From a virus: a DNA stretch of 14,946 nucleotides. The notes under the pieces are model-generated. The model had not been told where the DNA came from, made no database searches, and saw nothing but the letters and a program-made list of their open reading frames with translations. The stretch lies in the IMG/VR virus record IMGVR_UViG_3300049476_000025. One strand, given 5' to 3'. The position numbers and the translations under genes are program-made. How positions within the stretch are numbered: the first letter of the stretch is position 1; each line of letters begins with the position of its first letter. Shown in pieces: positions 1-5,901 of the stretch.

Positions 1-117
1 ACCCATGCCCGTGTCATCCATGAGCTGGGCGAGCATTGCCGTCGAGACCTTCACGTCCGTCGTGCAGACGATCTCGTAGCGCTGGTAGCAGGAGTTGCAG
101 ACCGAGCGGATGATCAT
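1..117 (-). CDS. 5' end of a CDS running off the left edge (N-terminus MIIRSVCNSCYQRYEIVCTTDVKVSTAMLAQLMDDTGMG...)
   Basis: ATG at 117-115 on the minus strand overlaps the stop of the upstream minus-strand gene (ATGA junction). The frame stays open to the window edge and the composition is protein-like. It is absent from the ORF track only because it is truncated. Confidence 0.4.
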   Translation of the reverse strand, partial: MIIRSVCNSCYQRYEIVCTTDVKVSTAMLAQLMDDTGMG

Positions 118-428
118 AGGGGAGGGATCTCATCCTCGCTCTGCGGGAACTGCGCCCCCTCGAGCTCCGGCTCCGGACCGCCACCGAAGACGTCAGCACC
201 ATCCTCTTCTGGAACTTCAGCAGGGCCCTCCTCTGGTGCCGGGTCCGTCATGGCGGCACCGTTGCTAGGCGACCCGTAGATCTCGGCCATGAGGTTGTCC
301 AAGGCCTCGCTCGAGATGGGCACCCTGAACAGCCGACCGTCGTCGCGCCGGAAGTCGAGGTAGTTGACGGTCTCGTCCGTGTTGTGGAGAGAGACACCCT
401 GCGAGAAGCCTACAAGTTCGACTCTCAT
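114..428 (-). CDS. hypothetical 104-aa protein with a strongly acidic C-terminal tail (…EEDGADVFGGGPEPELEGAQFPQSEDEIPPL)
   Basis: ORF-track frame 114..473, trimmed to the ATG at 428 (MRVELVGF...), which overlaps the upstream stop by an ATGA junction. GC3-rich coding composition. The tail resembles SSB-type acidic interaction tails. Confidence 0.5.
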   Translation of the reverse strand: MRVELVGFSQGVSLHNTDETVNYLDFRRDDGRLFRVPISSEALDNLMAEIYGSPSNGAAMTDPAPEEGPAEVPEEDGADVFGGGPEPELEGAQFPQSEDEIPPL

Positions 429-718
429 CTGAGGGTACCCTTCTTGGCCTTGGCCCTCATGGCCGTGGCCCACTCATCTGGTACTGCCATCGCCTCGCCT
501 TTCTTCGTCAACAGGTCGGGGAGGGGCTTGAAGGTCAGCATGCCCTTGGCGACTTCCTTCTCCATGACCTGCTTCATCGCAGCGTCCTTCGAGGTCTGTG
601 TCGTCTCCAGGAACGGGAACACGGCTTTCCGATACTGGTTGAACGCGTCTACGACTCCCGTTGGATCTCCCTCGTTTGCCTTTACGGCCAGGGCAAGGCC
701 GACCGTGTGGGTCTGCAT
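425..718 (-). CDS. hypothetical 97-aa protein
   Basis: The minus-strand ORF has a balanced, protein-like composition (MQTHTVGLALAVKANEGDPTGVVDAFNQYRK...). The competing plus-strand ORF 384..917 is S/R/A low-complexity. Its stop overlaps the start of the next minus-strand gene. No clear SD. Confidence 0.45.
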   Translation of the reverse strand: MQTHTVGLALAVKANEGDPTGVVDAFNQYRKAVFPFLETTQTSKDAAMKQVMEKEVAKGMLTFKPLPDLLTKKGEAMAVPDEWATAMRAKAKKGTLR

Positions 719-849
719 CGCCAGGACTTCGGATTCCCTCCGCCTGAGCCAGACGGTGAGAAATACGGATTCCTTCAGGCTTCCCGCCTTGGGAGGACGC
801 TCGGCCTTTTCATACAGGACGTTCGCCCTAGCCCATCCCTCAGCGGTGT

Positions 850-1668
850 TTAGCCATTTCCCAGGTCAGTGGCGTTCAGCAGCTTGCGGACCCGGATGTC
901 GAACCACGAGTAGTTGATGCCGATGTCGGCGAGGACGTAGGCCGACTTCTTCATGACGGCCTTGAGCTTCGCCTCGAACGGCTTCTCGTCGACGTTCCCC
1001 TCCGTGTTCCGGTGGTCGGGTAGCGGGCGTCCGTTGATGGCCAGCACGGCACAGGTCAGCTGGCAGAGCGAGAACCTCTCGAGGATGTACTGGTCGTTCT
1101 GCCCGCTGTCCTTGGCGACGTAGCGCTTGATGAAGAGCGACTCGTCCGGCGTCATGGAGCGGTAGAGGACCTCGAACTTCCCAGGGACGATGGGGACCAG
1201 CTGCTGCACTTCATCCTTGAGGATGAGGTCGTCGAGCTTCATGGGCTCGCAACGACTCTCGATCTCAGTACGGCGCTTCTTGTTGTTGAGGACCCGCTCG
1301 GCCTCGTTCCGGCCGCCGAAGTCGAACATCTGGAAGAGGTCCTCGTCCTCGGCCTTCTTCTCCTCCGTGACGCGCTCTTCGGCCTTCGCCACCTCCTGCT
1401 TCATGCCGGCCGCCACGGCCTCCTCGAGCATGGCCGCCGTCTCGGGCTGGAGAACCGGGGAGCCCTTGGGGCGCGGTCTCACGCCACCGCCACCATCATC
1501 CTCCGGCGCAGCACGGGTCGGCATGCTGGGCCGAGGCAGGACGCCGACGGGGTCCGACCCCTTCACCGAGTCCGTCTTCCCCTGCGCCTTCCGGATCTTC
1601 TCGCGGTATGCGCCCTCCTCCTCTGGGGAGATCTCCTTGCCACCGAACACCACAGGCTTCTCACTCAC
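850..1668 (-). CDS. hypothetical 272-aa protein (acidic/charged N-terminal half, globular C-terminal domain)
   Basis: Long ORF with a GTG start at 1668 that forms a GTGA overlap with the stop of the upstream minus-strand gene. TAA stop at 852-850. No family recognised by eye. Confidence 0.55.
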   Translation of the reverse strand: MSEKPVVFGGKEISPEEEGAYREKIRKAQGKTDSVKGSDPVGVLPRPSMPTRAAPEDDGGGGVRPRPKGSPVLQPETAAMLEEAVAAGMKQEVAKAEERVTEEKKAEDEDLFQMFDFGGRNEAERVLNNKKRRTEIESRCEPMKLDDLILKDEVQQLVPIVPGKFEVLYRSMTPDESLFIKRYVAKDSGQNDQYILERFSLCQLTCAVLAINGRPLPDHRNTEGNVDEKPFEAKLKAVMKKSAYVLADIGINYSWFDIRVRKLLNATDLGNG

Positions 1669-2009
1669 AGGTCTTCTCCTGGCTCCGGAAGGGGAGCACC
1701 ACGACGGTAGTCTGGGCGAGGGTCCGGCCGTCTCCGGAGCTCCTCGATCTGTCCTGCGCTGTTCTTGACGAAGTCCACTAGGGGGCGATCCCGAGGGTCC
1801 TGGAGTGGTAGGGGCTTGAGTGGGTCCACCGGCTCACGGGGGAGGCCACCTTGCGCCACGAATCCGCACTCGAGGCAGATCTTGTAGATAACGCCCGCGC
1901 TGCGCCGCCCACGGTACTTGGGGCTTCCACACTTCTCGCACGCGTACGGCTTCGCACCCTCGACGTCGGGGAGCAGGAGCGGGTTTCGGTTCTCGTCGAA
2001 GATGCTCAT
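1665..2009 (-). CDS. small zinc-ribbon protein (CEKCG…CLECG)
   Basis: ATG at 2009 (MSIFDENRN...). An alternative GTG start lies at 2036. It carries two CxxC pairs (YACEKCGSPKY … KICLECGF) and a Pro/Arg-rich C-terminus. The track's longer version would overlap the HTH gene by about 90 nt. Confidence 0.5.
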   Translation of the reverse strand: MSIFDENRNPLLLPDVEGAKPYACEKCGSPKYRGRRSAGVIYKICLECGFVAQGGLPREPVDPLKPLPLQDPRDRPLVDFVKNSAGQIEELRRRPDPRPDYRRGAPLPEPGEDL

Positions 2010-2059
2010 AGGTGTGTACAGCCAGCGCGCAGACACTATGCGCCGGCCGTTCTCCGGCG

Positions 2060-2257
2060 TCAACGGGGAATGGGACGCAGTACTTGGACTACCACCTTCG
2101 CACCAACGGCCCAAGCATAGCGCGACACACTCTCCAGGGAGGGACACCCCTGGCGCATGTTCTCGAGGTTGTAGACCTGCTGCCTCGAGACACCCATCCG
2201 TCGGGCAGCCTCGGCGGCAGTCATCCGCTTACGACGAAGCTCGACCAGCTCCGTCAT
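2060..2257 (-). CDS. XRE/Cro-like helix-turn-helix DNA-binding protein
   Basis: Translation MTELVELRRKRMTAAEAARRMGVSRQQVYNLENMRQGCPSLESVSRYAWAVGAKVVV matches the HTH_XRE pattern (helix, then an ...LGVSRQQVY..E.G...PSLE... core). ATG at 2257. Confidence 0.65.
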   Translation of the reverse strand: MTELVELRRKRMTAAEAARRMGVSRQQVYNLENMRQGCPSLESVSRYAWAVGAKVVVQVLRPIPR

Positions 2258-2552
2258 GAGCGCGAGCGGCGCGACCGGGGAGTCCCCGGTAGACCGCGGC
2301 TCGGATCTCGAACGTGCCACTCGCCAGCTCCTCAGCCATGTAGTGCTTGATGAGGGCCAGGCCGGTGTCTTCGCCAAGACGCCGCTCGAGCCCGAGGTTG
2401 ATAGTGATGACCTTCGGGACCCCGCCCATCTCCGGGTGCGCCATCACGCTGACGAAGAGGATGCCGGCGTCCGGGATGAGCTCGGCGAACCTTCGTTCCC
2501 AAACGGCGGCCAGCGCCACGTACTGCTCAGCTAGGTAGGGGGTGGACACCAA
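2229..2552 (-). CDS. hypothetical ~107-aa protein immediately upstream of the HTH gene (possible toxin-like partner)
   Basis: GC3-rich ORF with protein-like sequence (…ILFVSVMAHPEMGGVPKVITINLGLERRLGEDTGLALIKHYMAEELASGTFEIRA…). Only TTG/GTG starts are available at 2552/2549 and the SD is weak. It overlaps the HTH gene by 29 nt. Confidence 0.4.
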   Translation of the reverse strand: MVSTPYLAEQYVALAAVWERRFAELIPDAGILFVSVMAHPEMGGVPKVITINLGLERRLGEDTGLALIKHYMAEELASGTFEIRAAVYRGLPGRAARAHDGAGRASS

Positions 2553-2643
2553 GAGACCGGACCACGACCGGGCCTAGCCTGTCAAGCAGTGAGTGTACAG
2601 CTCTATCCTTCCCACCGCCCGTACCTTCAGGCCTACTGGCTGT

Positions 2644-3060
2644 ATGAACTTTACGTGGGATCCGGACCTCGAGACAGGCATCCATGAGCTGGACTACCAG
2701 CACAGGCGCCTGTTTCGGTTCTTCCACACCCTCCTAGCTGCCGTAGAGAACAAGCACACCAGGACTGCCCTGTCTGGCTTCGTGGGGTTCATTACGAAGC
2801 ACGTGGACGAGCACTTCGGCTACGAAGAGAGCCTCATGCTGAAGGCCGGGTACCCCGAGTACTTGGCCCACAAGATCGCGCACGACGAGATGCGGAAAGA
2901 GGTTGCGGATCTCGTTGAGTCCTACCGTGCCAAGGGCCACGACCCGCTCGTCCTCATTCGGATGAGCACCCTAGCCTCCGACTGGATGAGGAAGCACATC
3001 TTCGGGGTGGATTTCCGCCTCACGAGCTGGCTGAAGAAACACCCCATCCTAGAGGGATAA
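2644..3060 (+). CDS. hemerythrin-like metal-binding protein (bacteriohemerythrin family)
   Basis: ATG at 2644 (MNFTWDPDLETGIHELDYQHRRLF…). Contains the hemerythrin ligand motifs H-x-x-D-x-Q-H, H-x3-H-F-x-x-EE-x-LM…YP, H-x3-H-D and H-I-F-x-x-D in the canonical order and spacing. TAA at 3058-3060. Transcribed divergently from the minus-strand operon. Confidence 0.8.
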   Translation: MNFTWDPDLETGIHELDYQHRRLFRFFHTLLAAVENKHTRTALSGFVGFITKHVDEHFGYEESLMLKAGYPEYLAHKIAHDEMRKEVADLVESYRAKGHDPLVLIRMSTLASDWMRKHIFGVDFRLTSWLKKHPILEG

Positions 3061-3369
3061 GGGAGTAGCGAGGGATGAACCTATCCCTTGCCGCTCAGGT
3101 GGGGAGGTCCAGCTCACGGGGTGCGAAGGAGGGCGGTGCGGCGAATTGAGTTGCCACCGTCTGCCGTAGACCACCTTCGCAGAGCCCGGTAGCCGGATTC
3201 TGCCGTTGCCCCCACGGCGTAGCGACTTCGTTCACCGTCGCTTCCGTGCCCCTCAGGTGCGGCCGTAGCCACTAGGGGATCTTCGGAGCCCTTACGGTTA
3301 CTACCAGCCGTGGGCCAACGACAGGAGTCTACCTGAGCCACCAAGCCGTTCAACCCCAAGGAGAAGGAG
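3061..3369 (+). other. 309-bp non-coding gap with several stable hairpins; candidate 5' UTR / regulatory RNA / small ncRNA
   Basis: No credible ORF lies here; the only track ORF (3114..3359, minus) is low-complexity. The gap contains an extended imperfect hairpin cacgg-cgt-agcgac/loop/gtcgct-t-ccgtg (about 3227-3262) and a 6-bp stem agggat/atccct at 3072-3089. It ends with a strong SD (AAGGAGAAGGAG) feeding the ATG at 3370. The length is exceptional in a genome where most genes overlap. Confidence 0.25.
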
Positions 3370-3660
3370 ATGTCTCACGGAACCCAACAGGTCGAGGAGG
3401 CTCTGCGCGTCCTACGACACCACCTGAAGTATGTCGTTCAGGTTCGTAACCGGCTAGCACGTGGCGCTGAAGGGGCATGGCACACCCGGACTGATCTCGG
3501 TTGCATCGTCGGAAAGTCAGAAGCCTACGATGTCATGAATGCCGAGAAGGAGAAGAACCCAGGGCCCTTTCAGTGGCGGGTGCTTCCGCAGAACGAAGCG
3601 GATCGCTACCAGCAAGGTGTGGAGGTCGGCAAGAAGCTGGCCCGCGAGGAGCTGGTGTGA
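3370..3660 (+). CDS. hypothetical 96-aa protein
   Basis: ATG at 3370 preceded by AAGGAGAAGGAG with 1-nt spacing. Clean ORF ending in TGA at 3658-3660. Confidence 0.6.
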   Translation: MSHGTQQVEEALRVLRHHLKYVVQVRNRLARGAEGAWHTRTDLGCIVGKSEAYDVMNAEKEKNPGPFQWRVLPQNEADRYQQGVEVGKKLAREELV

Positions 3661-3854
3661 TCCTCCAACGGCATCCTGAATCAGGTCTGTGGGCGTTCAA
3701 GGGCGGGAGGCATCGAGGGGAGACCATCGATCAGGTAGCCGCAAGCGATCCGAACTACGTGCGCTGGGCCTGGGCCCAGGAAGATCTTACAGACGAAGCC
3801 TTTTACGCTCTGTCAGACTGCTTGGACCGCTTCAAGATCCAACGCACGAAGTGA
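3657..3854 (+). CDS. DUF3820-like small protein (family of phage/exonuclease-associated C-terminal domains)
   Basis: GTG at 3657 forms a GTGA overlap with the upstream stop. Translation …GLWAFKGGRHRGETIDQVAASDPNYVRWAWAQEDLTDEAFYALSDCL… fits the F-G-K-x-K-G-x-T-[LI]-x-E-[IV]…P-x-Y-[LV]-x-W consensus of DUF3820. Confidence 0.5.
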   Translation: MILQRHPESGLWAFKGGRHRGETIDQVAASDPNYVRWAWAQEDLTDEAFYALSDCLDRFKIQRTK

Positions 3855-3860
3855 CGAAAT

Positions 3861-3894
3861 CGGGGAGGCCCATGCAGTTCGGTGGGCCTCCCCG
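3861..3894 (+). terminator. intrinsic-terminator-like hairpin
   Basis: Perfect 12-bp inverted repeat cggggaggccca / tgggcctccccg with a 10-nt loop, directly after the stop at 3854 and followed by the T-containing tract taacttctatgtat. The U-tract is weak. Confidence 0.4.
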
Positions 3895-3930
3895 TAACTT
3901 CTATGTATGCTTGCGGCGTTAGGAGGGAGC

Positions 3931-4263
3931 ATGAACCTTGACTCGCTTGACCCGAAAGAGAAGCAAACGATGTTCCTAGGAGTCCTCAACGACTGGAAGG
4001 TCTCGCGGAGCCTCATCCAGTTCGAGATGCTGAAGCAGGTAGCCGAGCCGCTCCTGAAGAATGAGATCGCCAAGCACGAGCACACAGGCGTTCGCCAGGA
4101 GGATCTGAGAAAGGCGGCTGAGACCATCCTTGTCGAGGCTCTAGAGTCTTACTCCTCGACAACTCCCGAGACGCTCATCGAGTGGATCCAAGACTGCTTG
4201 GCGACGCTCGATCAGAAGATCCCTACACTCCAACACCAGGCTGACTCCCAACGAGGTAAGTGA
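3931..4263 (+). CDS. hypothetical 110-aa protein
   Basis: ATG at 3931 with SD AGGAGGGAG (3921-3929). The track's TTG/ATG at 3907 was trimmed to this SD-supported start. Confidence 0.6.
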   Translation: MNLDSLDPKEKQTMFLGVLNDWKVSRSLIQFEMLKQVAEPLLKNEIAKHEHTGVRQEDLRKAAETILVEALESYSSTTPETLIEWIQDCLATLDQKIPTLQHQADSQRGK

Positions 4264-4267
4264 CCAC

Positions 4268-5098
4268 GTGCCGCGCAAGAAGGTTGTAGCGCCGGCGTCA
4301 GCTCCGCCAGCGCCGGCTCCCGTAGCGCCCCCACCACTCCCACCAGTTGCAAGCCCATCCGTACGGGCTGCCGTTCAAGACATCCATCGCGGCCTAAGGC
4401 ACCGCATCGGGATGCTCTTCTTCAAGTACGGCGCTACGGAGAACAACCTCGAGACCAGGCACTGGGAAGCCTACGATCGAGTTCTGGACGCGACCTCGAT
4501 AGCTGAGGCCGAGCTTCTCGCCAAGAAAGCCGAGGACAAGATCTTCGTCACGTTGCTGGCCCTGTCGGCCACCGGGAAGATCGTCGCCAAGACCCCCGAG
4601 GCCTACAAGAAGAAGTCCGACAAGGCCGAGTCGTTCGCGAACTACCTGTATTCCCAGTACGTCGACGCGCCAGTCACCACGGAGAAGGAAGTGGCCAAGC
4701 GCGCCAAGCTCCTGCTTCGCTACAACAGCCAGCTGGCACGGTCGCGGAATCTTCGCGAGTACGCCCGGCTCCTGGAGATCGACCCTACCATCCAACCCTT
4801 CGAAGTTCTCTACGGCGTCAAGGAAGCCGAAGACGATGCACGAGACGAAGAGCTCGCAGCCGCTGGGGCGAGTCCGGTGGTGGGCGGATCGGATAAGCCG
4901 AAACTCCCACGCGGTCGAAGGAAAGCACCGGAAGCTAACGGCACTGTGCGGGTACAAGCTGCACCTCCACGCGTGCCTAGCAGTACGACGGACACCATGC
5001 GTCGTGTGCGCGGGAATCTTGCTGCGAAGAAACGCGGGAGGCACGGAAAAGATGAAGGAAGTCCTCGCGCTCGCCGAACGCGCCATCAAGGTCGGTGA
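4268..5098 (+). CDS. hypothetical protein with Pro/Ala-rich N-terminus and highly basic Arg/Lys-rich C-terminal tail
   Basis: GTG at 4268 with GAGG 8 nt upstream. An alternative ATG lies at 4412. The C-terminal ~70 aa (…KPKLPRGRRKAPE…AAKKRGRHGKDEGSPRARRTRHQGR) are very basic, as in nucleic-acid-binding tails. The 3' end overlaps the next gene by 48 nt. Confidence 0.45.
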   Translation: MPRKKVVAPASAPPAPAPVAPPPLPPVASPSVRAAVQDIHRGLRHRIGMLFFKYGATENNLETRHWEAYDRVLDATSIAEAELLAKKAEDKIFVTLLALSATGKIVAKTPEAYKKKSDKAESFANYLYSQYVDAPVTTEKEVAKRAKLLLRYNSQLARSRNLREYARLLEIDPTIQPFEVLYGVKEAEDDARDEELAAAGASPVVGGSDKPKLPRGRRKAPEANGTVRVQAAPPRVPSSTTDTMRRVRGNLAAKKRGRHGKDEGSPRARRTRHQGR

Positions 5099-5870
5099 GG
5101 CGTACGCAAAGAAGTACGGTTACAAGGCTGGTTCGATGCATGAGATCATCCCGGAGTTCCGTTCCCGGACGGTCTGCATCCGCCACAAGAAGTACGACGA
5201 AGACAAGCTCTACTTCGACAACATCCGGTCCATCGTCAACGGAAATGCGGAGAGGGTTACCCCTCCCGGCACCTACACCGTCCTCGAGACTCGGACTGCC
5301 GAACCCGACATGTTCGACCGGATCATCAGCAAGGGCGGCAAGGGCTGGGAAGTGATGATGAGCGACACCCCCTACGAGCTCCTCAGCTCGTCCCGGTTCA
5401 TCATGGCGGCACACGGGGACGTCCTCATCATCGGACTTGGGCTGGGGGCTACGACGCTCCCAGTCCTCAAGAAGAAGACCGTGAAGTCCGTCACGGTCAT
5501 CGAGCTCAACAAGAACGTCATCAAGGCCGTCGAGGGGCCGCTCCGCAAAGCCCTCACCAAGCAGCAGAACAAGAAGTTCCGTGTCATCAACGCCAACGGT
5601 CGGACGTGGGAAGGCGATGGCCGTCCCTACAACACCATCTGGATCGACATCTGGCCAGACGTCAGCTTGGCCAACCGAACCGACCTGAAGCGTTTGAAGG
5701 TGAAGTACCGCGGGTTCCATCCCGCAGATGCAGACTCGTGGATCGGCGCGTGGGAAGAAGAGCGCCTGGATGCATGGCACCACGAGGAGAAGAGCAAGCC
5801 CGATCCCTTCGCCGCCGTCGGAGGGGATGTCCGTAAGGCGTTCAAGTCAGTCAACGGCATCAAGCTGTAG
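5051..5870 (+). CDS. class I SAM-dependent methyltransferase / spermidine-synthase-like Rossmann-fold protein
   Basis: ATG at 5051 with SD GGGAGG (5036-5041). Core DVLIIGLGLGATTLPVLKKKTVKSVTVIELNKNVIKAV…KFRVINANGRTW…YNTIWIDIW matches the G-x-G-x-G motif I, the acidic residue at the end of strand 2, and a D in strand 4, as in aminopropyltransferases and class I MTases. The N-terminal ~100 aa are unrecognised. The gene ends 31 bp before the MVP-like gene. Confidence 0.55.
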
Positions 5871-5901
5871 CCTCGTTGTTCACTCCAACAGAAAGAAGAA
5901 C

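Noticed and set aside
384-917. 177-aa plus-strand ORF overlapping two minus-strand genes
   Set aside because: S/R/A-rich, membrane-unlike low-complexity sequence. The minus-strand ORFs have protein-like composition and coupled start/stop overlaps.
1190-1768. 192-aa plus-strand ORF antisense to the 272-aa minus-strand gene
   Set aside because: Ser/Arg-rich low-complexity antisense artefact.
3114-3359. 81-aa minus-strand ORF in the non-coding gap
   Set aside because: Low-complexity G/A/R-rich translation, no SD, not coupled to any neighbour. More likely the gap is non-coding RNA or regulatory DNA.
3061-3369. Possible tRNA in the long intergenic gap (GTTCAAcCCC near 3345)
   Set aside because: I could not assemble a cloverleaf: no D-arm/anticodon arrangement and no acceptor stem pairing. 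The motif is immediately followed by the SD and ATG of the next gene.
4394-5089. 231-aa minus-strand ORF antisense to the 4268-5098 and 5051-5870 genes
   Set aside because: No SD, low-complexity translation, and the sense-strand genes have clear SD-supported starts and a recognisable Rossmann motif.
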